Shown here in pieces: positions 19,149 through 27,546 of a stretch of DNA of 64,000 nt (within the stretch, counting starts at the first letter, position 1; every line of letters begins with the position of its first letter). The position numbers were made by a program, and so were the translations under genes. Location of the stretch: IMG/VR virus record IMGVR_UViG_3300002220_003854, positions 23,967 through 87,966 of that record; one strand, written 5' to 3'. The notes below the pieces were generated by a model. That model was not told the DNA's origin. It saw nothing but the letters and a program-made list of their open reading frames with translations, and searched no databases. This DNA comes from a virus. Lineage: Duplodnaviria > Caudoviricetes.

Positions 19149-19257
19149 TATCCTTCTCCCTGTAATGTATTTAGCCAAGAAAAAGGATAGTTCATTCGGT
19201 AAACTTAATATCTTTTTGCAAAATGCAATCGTTCGACTCAAAGTGAATGCTAGTGTG

Positions 19258-20436
19258 TCAATATTTCGGTGCTAATACTTGTTCCGAAATTAATTTTGCT
19301 GTGTATGGTGCTAGTGTCCAGCCTAAGTGACCGTGCCCTGTATTATAGTACACACGATTGTTTCTCTTGCTTCTACATACAATGGGCATCATGTCGGGAG
19401 TCATTGGTCTGAGGCATGCCCAACTACTGTAATCGTGTGTGTTAATTCTAGGGAAATTAGTATGAACCCATTTTACTAATGGTTCTATACGGTCTCGTCT
19501 GATATCGTAGTTTTCACCAGTTAATTCGGCAGTTCCAGCAACACGGAAACGATTGCCCAAGCTTGCAGTAACTATCTTTGCTTGGTCATCAAGTAAACTG
19601 ACTTTAGGTAAATCTTGTTCATCTACTTCATTGATAGTGATACTGTAGCCTTTTACCGGATAAATTGGTAACTTGTCACCAATTTCTTTTGCTAACTTGA
19701 CGCTACCAACACCTGCACTAACAACAATGGCATTGTATTCATCTAGGGTGTGTAAGCTAGCATTATGCCCAGTCCTAAATATGACTTTGTATTTTGCACG
19801 CAAAACTTCTGATAGTTGATAACAGAATTTATGAATGTCGCCAGTCCAATCTGAAGGAGTCCAAGCTCCACCATAAATATCGTGAATATTTCGTAGAGTA
19901 GGATCTAGTGCTAATACTTCATCAGGAGATAGTAAGTCCCATTCACATCCATTATCATTATAAATGTTCTTGGCTTTTTGCGCAGATTCCCAGTAATCCT
20001 GTGACTTATAGATATGCAAGATACCAGATTTGCTTTGATCAAAACTTAGTTTCTCTTGGTCTATCAAATCATAATATAGTTTTCGTGACTCTATTCCCAA
20101 CTGTATTGTCTTAGCCGTGTTTCTAGCATAATCGTTGTTTGCTGTATGATATAAGAACTTGGCTAGCCATACTGCTTTATCCCAATCTAAGCTTGGTCTA
20201 ATCAATAGGGGTGCATCTTTCTTTAGCATCCACTTTATACCTTTGTATACATTAGCCCATGTATTCCATACTTCGCTATTACTAACGCTTACTTGTCCTC
20301 CATTGGCGAAACTAGTACGCATTGCCGGATAGCGTTCCTGCTCATATACTGTTACTTCATATCCTTCTTTGGCTAGGTAATATGCAGTAGTTACCCCTGC
20401 AATGCCAGCACCAATAACTGCTACGTTCTGTGTCAT
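19258..20436 (-). CDS. dadA: FAD-dependent D-amino acid dehydrogenase/oxidase
   Basis: VIGAGIAG, TSFANGG, PVKGYSIT, CLRPMTPD, NTGHGHLGWT. Confidence 0.88.
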   Translation of the reverse strand: MTQNVAVIGAGIAGVTTAYYLAKEGYEVTVYEQERYPAMRTSFANGGQVSVSNSEVWNTWANVYKGIKWMLKKDAPLLIRPSLDWDKAVWLAKFLYHTANNDYARNTAKTIQLGIESRKLYYDLIDQEKLSFDQSKSGILHIYKSQDYWESAQKAKNIYNDNGCEWDLLSPDEVLALDPTLRNIHDIYGGAWTPSDWTGDIHKFCYQLSEVLRAKYKVIFRTGHNASLHTLDEYNAIVVSAGVGSVKLAKEIGDKLPIYPVKGYSITINEVDEQDLPKVSLLDDQAKIVTASLGNRFRVAGTAELTGENYDIRRDRIEPLVKWVHTNFPRINTHDYSSWACLRPMTPDMMPIVCRSKRNNRVYYNTGHGHLGWTLAPYTAKLISEQVLAPKY

Positions 20437-20472
20437 ACATTAACTCCGTTGATATTATTATTCTGTACACCG

Positions 20473-21072
20473 TCAATAGTTGAAGTAATCTTCTGTTGTG
20501 GATCCTGGTCCATACCAAACTATATATCTTTTGTGCATTGTAGATTGAATTCTAGTCAAAGATTCATTTATCGTTTCATTTGGTGGTATTGCCAACCATC
20601 GTGTGTTGGGCTTGTTATCGTAAATCATGTCTGGCGTTGCGTCAGGTATGATTTCATCAGTTTGGGTATCGTACTCTACAACATCGTATCGTTGATTATT
20701 TTTAAGTCTTAGCCAAAGATTCTTTGATCCATGGGGTCCACCTGTGTTGGTAGCGTCTGACATGACTTTCACTTTATCATTCATGATAGCATAATCATAC
20801 AAGAATGTACCGTAACCCTGACCTTTATACGCTTGGGCCAATTGAGATAAAGCTACGACCCAAATATCTTTTTTGTGTTTGTATAATGATAGGTATCCCA
20901 CCAGATTATCCTTAGGATCAAAAAGACCATAATTCAATTCTGCGCCTTCATGAGTTTTTTTCAAAGTTAAATCTTTTATCTTTGTTACCGCAACTGAGTC
21001 AGCAAATTCAAATTGGAATTTATCCAAATATTCGTCTCTAGGCGGATTAGTAATGATTTCTCCTAATTTCAT
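20473..21072 (-). CDS. GNAT-like acetyltransferase with a weak leader match
   Basis: MKLGEIIT; AYKGQGYGTFLY. Confidence 0.7.
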   Translation of the reverse strand: MKLGEIITNPPRDEYLDKFQFEFADSVAVTKIKDLTLKKTHEGAELNYGLFDPKDNLVGYLSLYKHKKDIWVVALSQLAQAYKGQGYGTFLYDYAIMNDKVKVMSDATNTGGPHGSKNLWLRLKNNQRYDVVEYDTQTDEIIPDATPDMIYDNKPNTRWLAIPPNETINESLTRIQSTMHKRYIVWYGPGSTTEDYFNY

Positions 21073-21572
21073 GCAAATAGGTCTTCATTCCATTCGCGGT
21101 GACCTTCTCTAAATGCCATGTTACTTTGTGTCTCGCGTACTTCTACGCGATAACACCATAGACGTGCTGCTTCACCGGGTCCCCACATATCTGGAATGTA
21201 AACTCCATTAACATATTTGTAAATCATGTCAGCTAAACTTTCACAACCTAAATTAGGCAAGATTGTTAGTTTCATGATGCCACGTTTTTCAGCCTCTTTG
21301 TACCAATCTAAATGTGGATCTGAACTAGCTACTAAAGTAGTGTGGTCAAATTGACTCTCTAGCGTTTGCTTTAGTTCCTTCAAGCCACCATAATCTGCTG
21401 CCCAGCGGCGTGCATCTAAATCATTAGTCCCGAAATAAAACTTCATGCTAAACGCATATCCGTGCAGAAATTGACAATGACTATCGGCTTTATACTGTCT
21501 ATAGGCACATGGAAAAGCGTTGTGATACTCTTTTGTGGAAGTCCATTTATATGTTACTGGTTGATATGTCAT
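21069..21572 (-). CDS. queD: 6-carboxy-tetrahydropterin synthase
   Basis: HCQFLHGY, FDHTTL, CESLA, EVRETQSN. Confidence 0.88.
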   Translation of the reverse strand: MTYQPVTYKWTSTKEYHNAFPCAYRQYKADSHCQFLHGYAFSMKFYFGTNDLDARRWAADYGGLKELKQTLESQFDHTTLVASSDPHLDWYKEAEKRGIMKLTILPNLGCESLADMIYKYVNGVYIPDMWGPGEAARLWCYRVEVRETQSNMAFREGHREWNEDLFA

Positions 21573-21599
21573 ATTATTCTTTCGTTATTCTAATATTGA

Positions 21600-22277
21600 T
21601 TATTCAGTAAATGATACCATTCTCATGAACTCTGCTCTGGCTGCCGGATCAGTTTTGAACCCACCACCAAGCTTAGAAGTAATAGTAGAAGCCGAGGTAT
21701 CCTCAACCCCACGGGATGACACGCATAGATGAGTAGCATCGATAACAACTGCGATGTTTTCGGTTTCTAGGATGTAGCTCAGTGCATGATAAATTTGCTC
21801 AGTAAGCCGTTCTTGAATCTGTGGACGACGACTAAAATATTCAACGATTCTCGGCATTTTGCTTAGTCCTAACACCTTTTTATTAGGCACGTAAGCTATA
21901 GTAGCTTTGCCTACGATCGGCAAAATATGGTGTTCACATAACGATTGCACAGTTATGTTTCGTTCCACAACCATTTCATCGTAGTTCATTTTATTTTCTA
22001 CTGTAGTACATTTTGGGAATGCGTCGTAATCTAGTCCCCACATGGTCTCGTTTACAAACATTCGGGCTACTCTTTTAGGAGTTTCGGCAAGTGAATCGTC
22101 TGACAAATCAAGACCAAGAACATCCATGATTTGTTTGAAACTAGCTTCAATCAGAGAGATGCGGTCTTTTCGATCCAACCCGTTATGCTTTACGGGCGTT
22201 TCTACGCCCATTTTAACTAAGTGTTCGTGTACTTTGCGACCCAGTTGTGGGTCTACTTTTTGCTTATTAAATGACAT
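21600..22277 (-). CDS. folE: GTP cyclohydrolase I
   Basis: ETPKRVARM, SLCEHHILP, GLSKMPR, RRPQIQERLT, HLCVSSRGV. Confidence 0.95.
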   Translation of the reverse strand: MSFNKQKVDPQLGRKVHEHLVKMGVETPVKHNGLDRKDRISLIEASFKQIMDVLGLDLSDDSLAETPKRVARMFVNETMWGLDYDAFPKCTTVENKMNYDEMVVERNITVQSLCEHHILPIVGKATIAYVPNKKVLGLSKMPRIVEYFSRRPQIQERLTEQIYHALSYILETENIAVVIDATHLCVSSRGVEDTSASTITSKLGGGFKTDPAARAEFMRMVSFTE

Positions 22278-22292
22278 TTTTAGAATCCTTCC

Positions 22293-23147
22293 TTAATCGG
22301 ATATGAGTTTTGAAGTGTTGTCACCGTTGTGTGACAGAATGTATTTAGTCGAATCAACTAATTCTTCTATTATTTTTTCAGTGGTATATAATGGTTCATA
22401 TCCCAACTTTGCTAGTTTATCACAAGACATGTAAAATGATACTGGCTTTTGGTCAACATCATAGGTGTATTCTACCATTGACGTAGAACCAAAGTATGTC
22501 TTCGCATGAAGTACTGCATCTTTGAATAGTATTGGCTTACTATTTCCAATATTATATATTTGATTCAGTTCTCCTTTTTCCATAACTAAATTTACTGCCC
22601 TACAAAGATCAGATGCGTGAATGTAATCTCTGTAAAAATTACCACCATTAGCTAATTGGATTGGCTGATTGTTGATTAATCGTTGCACCAAGAATGTTAA
22701 TACATTCTTTTTACTAGAAGCTTTTTTGTCTCCTGGCCCAATTACGTTTGCAAACCTAAGTATTCGATACTTTATATTAAATGTTTTGCAGTATGTAATT
22801 AACAGTTGTTCGGCTGCCCTTTTGGTAATAGAGTAGAATCCTATTGGATCACACAATGAATCTTCTGAGCCTGGGGCTGGTACATTTCCGTAGACGAACC
22901 AAGAACTTGCAAAATTAAAAGTTAAATTTTTGCCCTTGCAATTTTCTAAAACTCTAATCAAATGAGTTAGATTGGTGTCTATGTCAACATAGGGGTCAGT
23001 AAATACGTTATAATTGTCAGTGGTACTTATAAGGTACAAAACTTCGTCTGTAACCGGAACCAGTGAACTGCGGTCATTTATAACCGACGAATACATCTTA
23101 GCATAATGTGATCCAATAAATCCCGTACCCCCGAAGATGTTTACCAT
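22293..23147 (-). CDS. NAD-dependent sugar epimerase/reductase (extended SDR)
   Basis: GGTGFIGS, YSITK (YxxxK), RDYIHASD. Confidence 0.88.
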   Translation of the reverse strand: MVNIFGGTGFIGSHYAKMYSSVINDRSSLVPVTDEVLYLISTTDNYNVFTDPYVDIDTNLTHLIRVLENCKGKNLTFNFASSWFVYGNVPAPGSEDSLCDPIGFYSITKRAAEQLLITYCKTFNIKYRILRFANVIGPGDKKASSKKNVLTFLVQRLINNQPIQLANGGNFYRDYIHASDLCRAVNLVMEKGELNQIYNIGNSKPILFKDAVLHAKTYFGSTSMVEYTYDVDQKPVSFYMSCDKLAKLGYEPLYTTEKIIEELVDSTKYILSHNGDNTSKLISD

Positions 23148-24412
23148 TTCTTTATAACGTCAATAATGTACTCTAACACTTTTTCGTTGTATAATGGTGT
23201 ACATCCAATAAAGAATACTCGGTCTAGTGCTAGATTAGCATTTGGATACTTCTTATAATCATCTAAGTGTTTGTATGCAGGATGCAATAATATATTGCCC
23301 CCGAAGTAATTTCGTGTTTGTATTCTATTGCCTTCGAAATGACTGACTAAGAATTCTTTCTCGTCTGAGTCTTTGCATATAATAGGTATACCAAACCAAC
23401 TCGGATCTGCATTTGCTAGTGTTTTAACTGGCGTAATGCCCACTTGATCGACTAAGTATTGTTCTATCAAATTCTTATGATACCGACGTTTAACGTCGAT
23501 TTCATTCAGCTTTGTTAGCTGCACTATTCCGACTGCTCCTTGCAAGTCTAGTGGCTTTAGATTATACCCAATATTACTGTAGATATACTTGTGATCAATT
23601 ACCTTGTCATATCCTTCTAGCCAGTAATCAAATCTTTTACCGCAAGTACCGCAACTTAGTAAGTTGTTTGCTCCCACACAATAACAGTCACGGCCCCACC
23701 ACGAAAAGCTTCTTATCATATCAATGAATAATTTGTCATTGCTAGATACCATTCCGCCTTCACCTGTGCTAATGTGATGTGCAGGATAGAATGAACAAGA
23801 CCAACTAAAGTAATATTCTGATAGGTGTTTACCATTGAACTTAGTACCTAAGCTGTCGCAATTGTCACCGATCAACAATAAATTGTGTTTGTCGCACAAT
23901 GCTTTGATATAGTCCATATCTGGCGGGTTGCCTAGCACAGGTGATACGAAAATAGCTTTGGTTTTATTTGTTATGGCATACTCTATCAAAGAAACATCAA
24001 AATTTAGAGTATCGAACTCAATATCAATAAACTTTGGAACCAGATTATTTTGTACAATGGGGGCGATTGTCGTTGGAAAACCAACGGGTGAGACAATAAT
24101 TTCTGAGCCGTCTTCCCAATTGAAATGTTTCTTTAGTGCCGTAATCATTACAAGATTGGCTGAACTCCCTGAGTTCACCATATGACTGTAGCCAACGTTA
24201 AAGGTTTTAGCGAACGCATCTTGAAACTCTAATACTTTATCACCGCTTACAATCCAAGTGCCGTTTAATACTGAATCTAATATGGCTTCTAGTTCTAAAT
24301 GATTCCAATATGGCCCGCTATACAGAACTGTATCCTTTGAGGGATCAAAGTTATCGTAGTTTTTAATATAGCTAGGTTTGTAGTGTTTACTGATTTCGGT
24401 TAAATTATACAT
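23141..24412 (-). CDS. rfbH: NDP-4-keto-6-deoxyhexose 3-dehydratase (RfbH/E1, DegT family)
   Basis: VNSGSSANL, SFYPAHHISTGEGGM with His in place of the aminotransferase Lys, WGRDCYC...CGTCGKRF Cys cluster. Confidence 0.85.
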   Translation of the reverse strand: MYNLTEISKHYKPSYIKNYDNFDPSKDTVLYSGPYWNHLELEAILDSVLNGTWIVSGDKVLEFQDAFAKTFNVGYSHMVNSGSSANLVMITALKKHFNWEDGSEIIVSPVGFPTTIAPIVQNNLVPKFIDIEFDTLNFDVSLIEYAITNKTKAIFVSPVLGNPPDMDYIKALCDKHNLLLIGDNCDSLGTKFNGKHLSEYYFSWSCSFYPAHHISTGEGGMVSSNDKLFIDMIRSFSWWGRDCYCVGANNLLSCGTCGKRFDYWLEGYDKVIDHKYIYSNIGYNLKPLDLQGAVGIVQLTKLNEIDVKRRYHKNLIEQYLVDQVGITPVKTLANADPSWFGIPIICKDSDEKEFLVSHFEGNRIQTRNYFGGNILLHPAYKHLDDYKKYPNANLALDRVFFIGCTPLYNEKVLEYIIDVIKKW

Positions 24413-25143
24413 TATTTAGGTCCAAATTCCCAACCAATTGGTTCTATTTTTATATCACCGAAGAAGTAACGGCTGTTCATGTAGATAATGGTACATATTC
24501 TTTCAGCTAAAAAAGCTAACATTCTATATTGCTTGTTCCCCGCTGTATCGATTGGTTGTATATAAGGTAGCGAATATTTGACACCCTCATATAGTTCCAA
24601 TACGGTATCAAACAAAACTTGACACATTCGATTGAACAATTCTCTGTGTGCGAAAAACATGTTACATGCTGACAAGTTATTGATCACATACAACTTATCG
24701 ATCATGTCACTAGTAATCGGTATTACATTTTTATTCGCGGCTTCTTTCAGAATGTCTAATCCCAGTTTTCCGTGACAATCCGTGTATTGTTGAGCAGTTG
24801 ACATAGAGAATCCCACGGGCGCAGAAATGTATATAGTATTATCGTTTAGTGGTGTACTGTTTATCTGGTTAGTGTCATAATATCTTCTATATTGATTGGT
24901 ACCAACAAACTCGTCGGATGTATTCTTCCACACCCAATACAAACCAGTTAAATCACCGACCCATTTGTTTAGGTGTGATATATTGTCACCTGTGTCATCA
25001 AAATAAAAATTCTTATTTTGCAGATATGTTCTATAACTGGAATTGATATCAGCCGAACCGCACATCAGATTCTTTTGATTGAATTGAGTTTTTAGATTTT
25101 CATGCAGCGGAAAACAATTACAGTATAAGGTTAAGTCAGCCAT
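24412..25143 (-). CDS. DUF4422-like polysaccharide/glycosyltransferase protein
   Basis: DDTGDNISHLN..DLTGLYWVWKN..VGTNQYRRY; FLAER. Confidence 0.7.
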   Translation of the reverse strand: MADLTLYCNCFPLHENLKTQFNQKNLMCGSADINSSYRTYLQNKNFYFDDTGDNISHLNKWVGDLTGLYWVWKNTSDEFVGTNQYRRYYDTNQINSTPLNDNTIYISAPVGFSMSTAQQYTDCHGKLGLDILKEAANKNVIPITSDMIDKLYVINNLSACNMFFAHRELFNRMCQVLFDTVLELYEGVKYSLPYIQPIDTAGNKQYRMLAFLAERICTIIYMNSRYFFGDIKIEPIGWEFGPK

Positions 25144-26318
25144 TAGTACTTCGCTTTTGGTACATATTTTCTATAATCAGTGGTCATACGTAACATTGTA
25201 TCACCCTTACCTTCTAAGATGTCACATATTCTATCAATAGTACCGTCGTTATAATCACTGATAAGACCCATCCTAGGATGTGGTTTGTCCAAAAGTTTTT
25301 CAAGTTTATTAGTTGCATCTTCAATGCTCCATGGAATATACATACGTTCATGATCGTTAGCGAATGTCTCTGGGAAACTACGATATGCTGGGTACAACAC
25401 ATTACATCCTAATGCGTCAGCTTCAGATACTGTGTTACTGACCCAGTCTTGTAAGGCACAATTGAATACTACCCTACTATTATTGACAATATTATAGTAG
25501 TCGTTTTTTTCAAGATTTTGATATATCTTTAGTATTCCGAATTCTGCTAGTTCTTTAGTTCGGGCCATATAACTAGAGTTGTTTGACTTTAGTTGACTGC
25601 CAGAACATACACAAAATTCTACATCGGTGGATGGATGCCTGCGGTGAAATTCTTCAATCAAGTCCATATAAAAATCTGGTTGCTTTTCTTGATCCCACCT
25701 GGCCGAGAACACCACTCTATATGGTCTATCACTAAAAGGGATAACAGCACTAACGCGACTTTGAACTTCATCTTTACCAAACGCGAGTCCTGATATATTA
25801 TAGATCGGTGCAGTCCACCCTGCTATTTTCATATGAGCAACCATTTCTTCGTTGGTTGCTAGGACACCGTCTACGAACTCATTAACCATCTTTTCATAGT
25901 GACCCATCCACTTTCCCATACCCCATACATGAACAAAGTCATCGGGGTCAATGGTCTGAGCAAGACAACGAACGTAAATACGAGGACGGTGTCTATTATC
26001 GAGTTGATTAAGAATATAAGGTAAGCTTTCTATACCAGGCTGAAACATATCTTCAAAATAGATAACATCTTCACTGGTAACTAGTCCAGATTTCATCATC
26101 TTAACTAGATTCATTAGTTGACTCATGCTAAAGTATGAACGACCATGTGCATCTAATACTTGACCAGTAACTATAGCTTGATCATTGCTGAGTGTTTCTC
26201 CGGGAACTAATGTATAATTGATGCCGCGACGCTTGAATACTCGCTCATTCCAATCTGTTAGTTGCAAGGTGTAGCGGGCTACATACGGCTCCGGACCTAG
26301 ATAATATAGGTTTCGCAT
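25143..26318 (-). CDS. GT-B glycosyltransferase
   Basis: VVFSARWDQEKQPDF; ALQDWVSNTVSEADALG; YRSFPE. Confidence 0.85.
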   Translation of the reverse strand: MRNLYYLGPEPYVARYTLQLTDWNERVFKRRGINYTLVPGETLSNDQAIVTGQVLDAHGRSYFSMSQLMNLVKMMKSGLVTSEDVIYFEDMFQPGIESLPYILNQLDNRHRPRIYVRCLAQTIDPDDFVHVWGMGKWMGHYEKMVNEFVDGVLATNEEMVAHMKIAGWTAPIYNISGLAFGKDEVQSRVSAVIPFSDRPYRVVFSARWDQEKQPDFYMDLIEEFHRRHPSTDVEFCVCSGSQLKSNNSSYMARTKELAEFGILKIYQNLEKNDYYNIVNNSRVVFNCALQDWVSNTVSEADALGCNVLYPAYRSFPETFANDHERMYIPWSIEDATNKLEKLLDKPHPRMGLISDYNDGTIDRICDILEGKGDTMLRMTTDYRKYVPKAKY

Positions 26319-26329
26319 TAATTAATCCT

Positions 26330-26581
26330 TTAATTAAATTTTATTTGTGCCAAAAGGCATATGTCATTAGATAGATTGTGTATCTTGCACACAATGTTAC
26401 TTTGGATAAAATATGATTCATCCTGACTTTTTTCTACTATGATTATATCACGGTTGAACGTTGTTTCAATATTGCATTTGCCCTCGGTAACATAAAAAAT
26501 AGTGTCATGACTATTTTTTATCACTAGTGCATTATTGGGTTCTATCACTGTAACGGACAGTTTATGTATTGATCTTGTCAT
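26330..26581 (-). CDS. small cupin-like protein (tentative)
   Basis: 83 aa beta-rich; FYVTEGKC. Confidence 0.5.
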   Translation of the reverse strand: MTRSIHKLSVTVIEPNNALVIKNSHDTIFYVTEGKCNIETTFNRDIIIVEKSQDESYFIQSNIVCKIHNLSNDICLLAQIKFN

Positions 26582-26657
26582 AATTTTATATTACATATGG
26601 CAAGAAAGGTTGGTACCAACCTTTCTTGTAAGCACTTCATGGAAAGTTTTTTACGCT

Positions 26658-26867
26658 TTACTCCACTTTCGCGCCGATTTCCCACATGTTTTTTACCGGC
26701 TTGCCTGTGATATATTTAGCAAACTGCCGATATGCATGACTTTTATTACTGTATAGTTCTGACTCATCGTACTTGTAACCATACTCCCTGCAGAAATCTA
26801 AATACTTTTCTAGATCATCAAACAGTTGGGTTACGCGAGGATTTGATTGATGAATAATTTTTGCCAT
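26658..26867 (-). CDS. hypothetical protein
   Basis: 69 aa with GGAG SD. Confidence 0.75.
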   Translation of the reverse strand: MAKIIHQSNPRVTQLFDDLEKYLDFCREYGYKYDESELYSNKSHAYRQFAKYITGKPVKNMWEIGAKVE

Positions 26868-26877
26868 GATATGCTCC

Positions 26878-27327
26878 TTAGATAGCTAGTTGTTGGCTTG
26901 GTTGATAACAGTTGTAAGTAATTGTGGCGCCATTTTCACCATCCTCACTTACAGTGATTTGAATATCACGTCCGGGATAACGAGTGGATATTTCTTCATA
27001 TAAATCATCTGATATCATTTCACAAGATTTGTAATTCAATTGTAACACACCTTGATACAGCTTTTCAAGCCATCGTTTAAATTGAATAAATTCAATGTCC
27101 CGATCATTATGAAATACTTGAATTCCTACATTAAAGTGAAAAACATGCCGATGAGGATAAGCCAAAAAGCTCACATCATATTCGTCACCTGACGCAAGAT
27201 TTGGATCGGTTGCAGCATCTGGGTACTTATGAATACCTTCTCGTTGATACTGCACAAAGATCATACGCTTCGCATTCTCTTTAATTCTACTTCGTTTTTC
27301 TACTAAAATTTGTTCACGTTGGTCCAT
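26878..27327 (-). CDS. second QueD-like T-fold protein (DpdL candidate)
   Basis: LAYPHRHVF matches LxxxHRHxF; DIEFIQFK; SCEMIS; VSEDGENG. Confidence 0.65.
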   Translation of the reverse strand: MDQREQILVEKRSRIKENAKRMIFVQYQREGIHKYPDAATDPNLASGDEYDVSFLAYPHRHVFHFNVGIQVFHNDRDIEFIQFKRWLEKLYQGVLQLNYKSCEMISDDLYEEISTRYPGRDIQITVSEDGENGATITYNCYQPSQQLAI

Positions 27328-27330
27328 TAT

Positions 27331-27546
27331 TTACCTGTCTTCATCAAAATTAACACGTTCATGTTCTTCATCCCATTGAAGCCTATACAATGCTGATAAG
27401 CTACTTTGTGCATGAAGCCGTTGTTCAATCAATTTAATACGCTGTTCTTTATTACCTTTTTCAGCGCCAAGTTCCAATGCATTAAGCTGAGAGTCAATTA
27501 CTCGTAATTTATCAGTTAATTCATCAATCTTACCTTTATAATCCAT
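27331..27546 (-). CDS. small coiled-coil protein
   Basis: 71 aa heptad pattern. Confidence 0.65.
   Translation of the reverse strand: MDYKGKIDELTDKLRVIDSQLNALELGAEKGNKEQRIKLIEQRLHAQSSLSALYRLQWDEEHERVNFDEDR

Noticed and set aside
19190-19260. Open frame continuing after the dadA TGA (HTSIHFESND...)
   Set aside because: DadA is already complete at its usual C-terminus; the extension is short and probably chance or a remnant
23141-24412. Sugar aminotransferase call
   Set aside because: The active-site Lys is replaced by His and an Fe-S Cys cluster is present, so it is a 3-dehydratase
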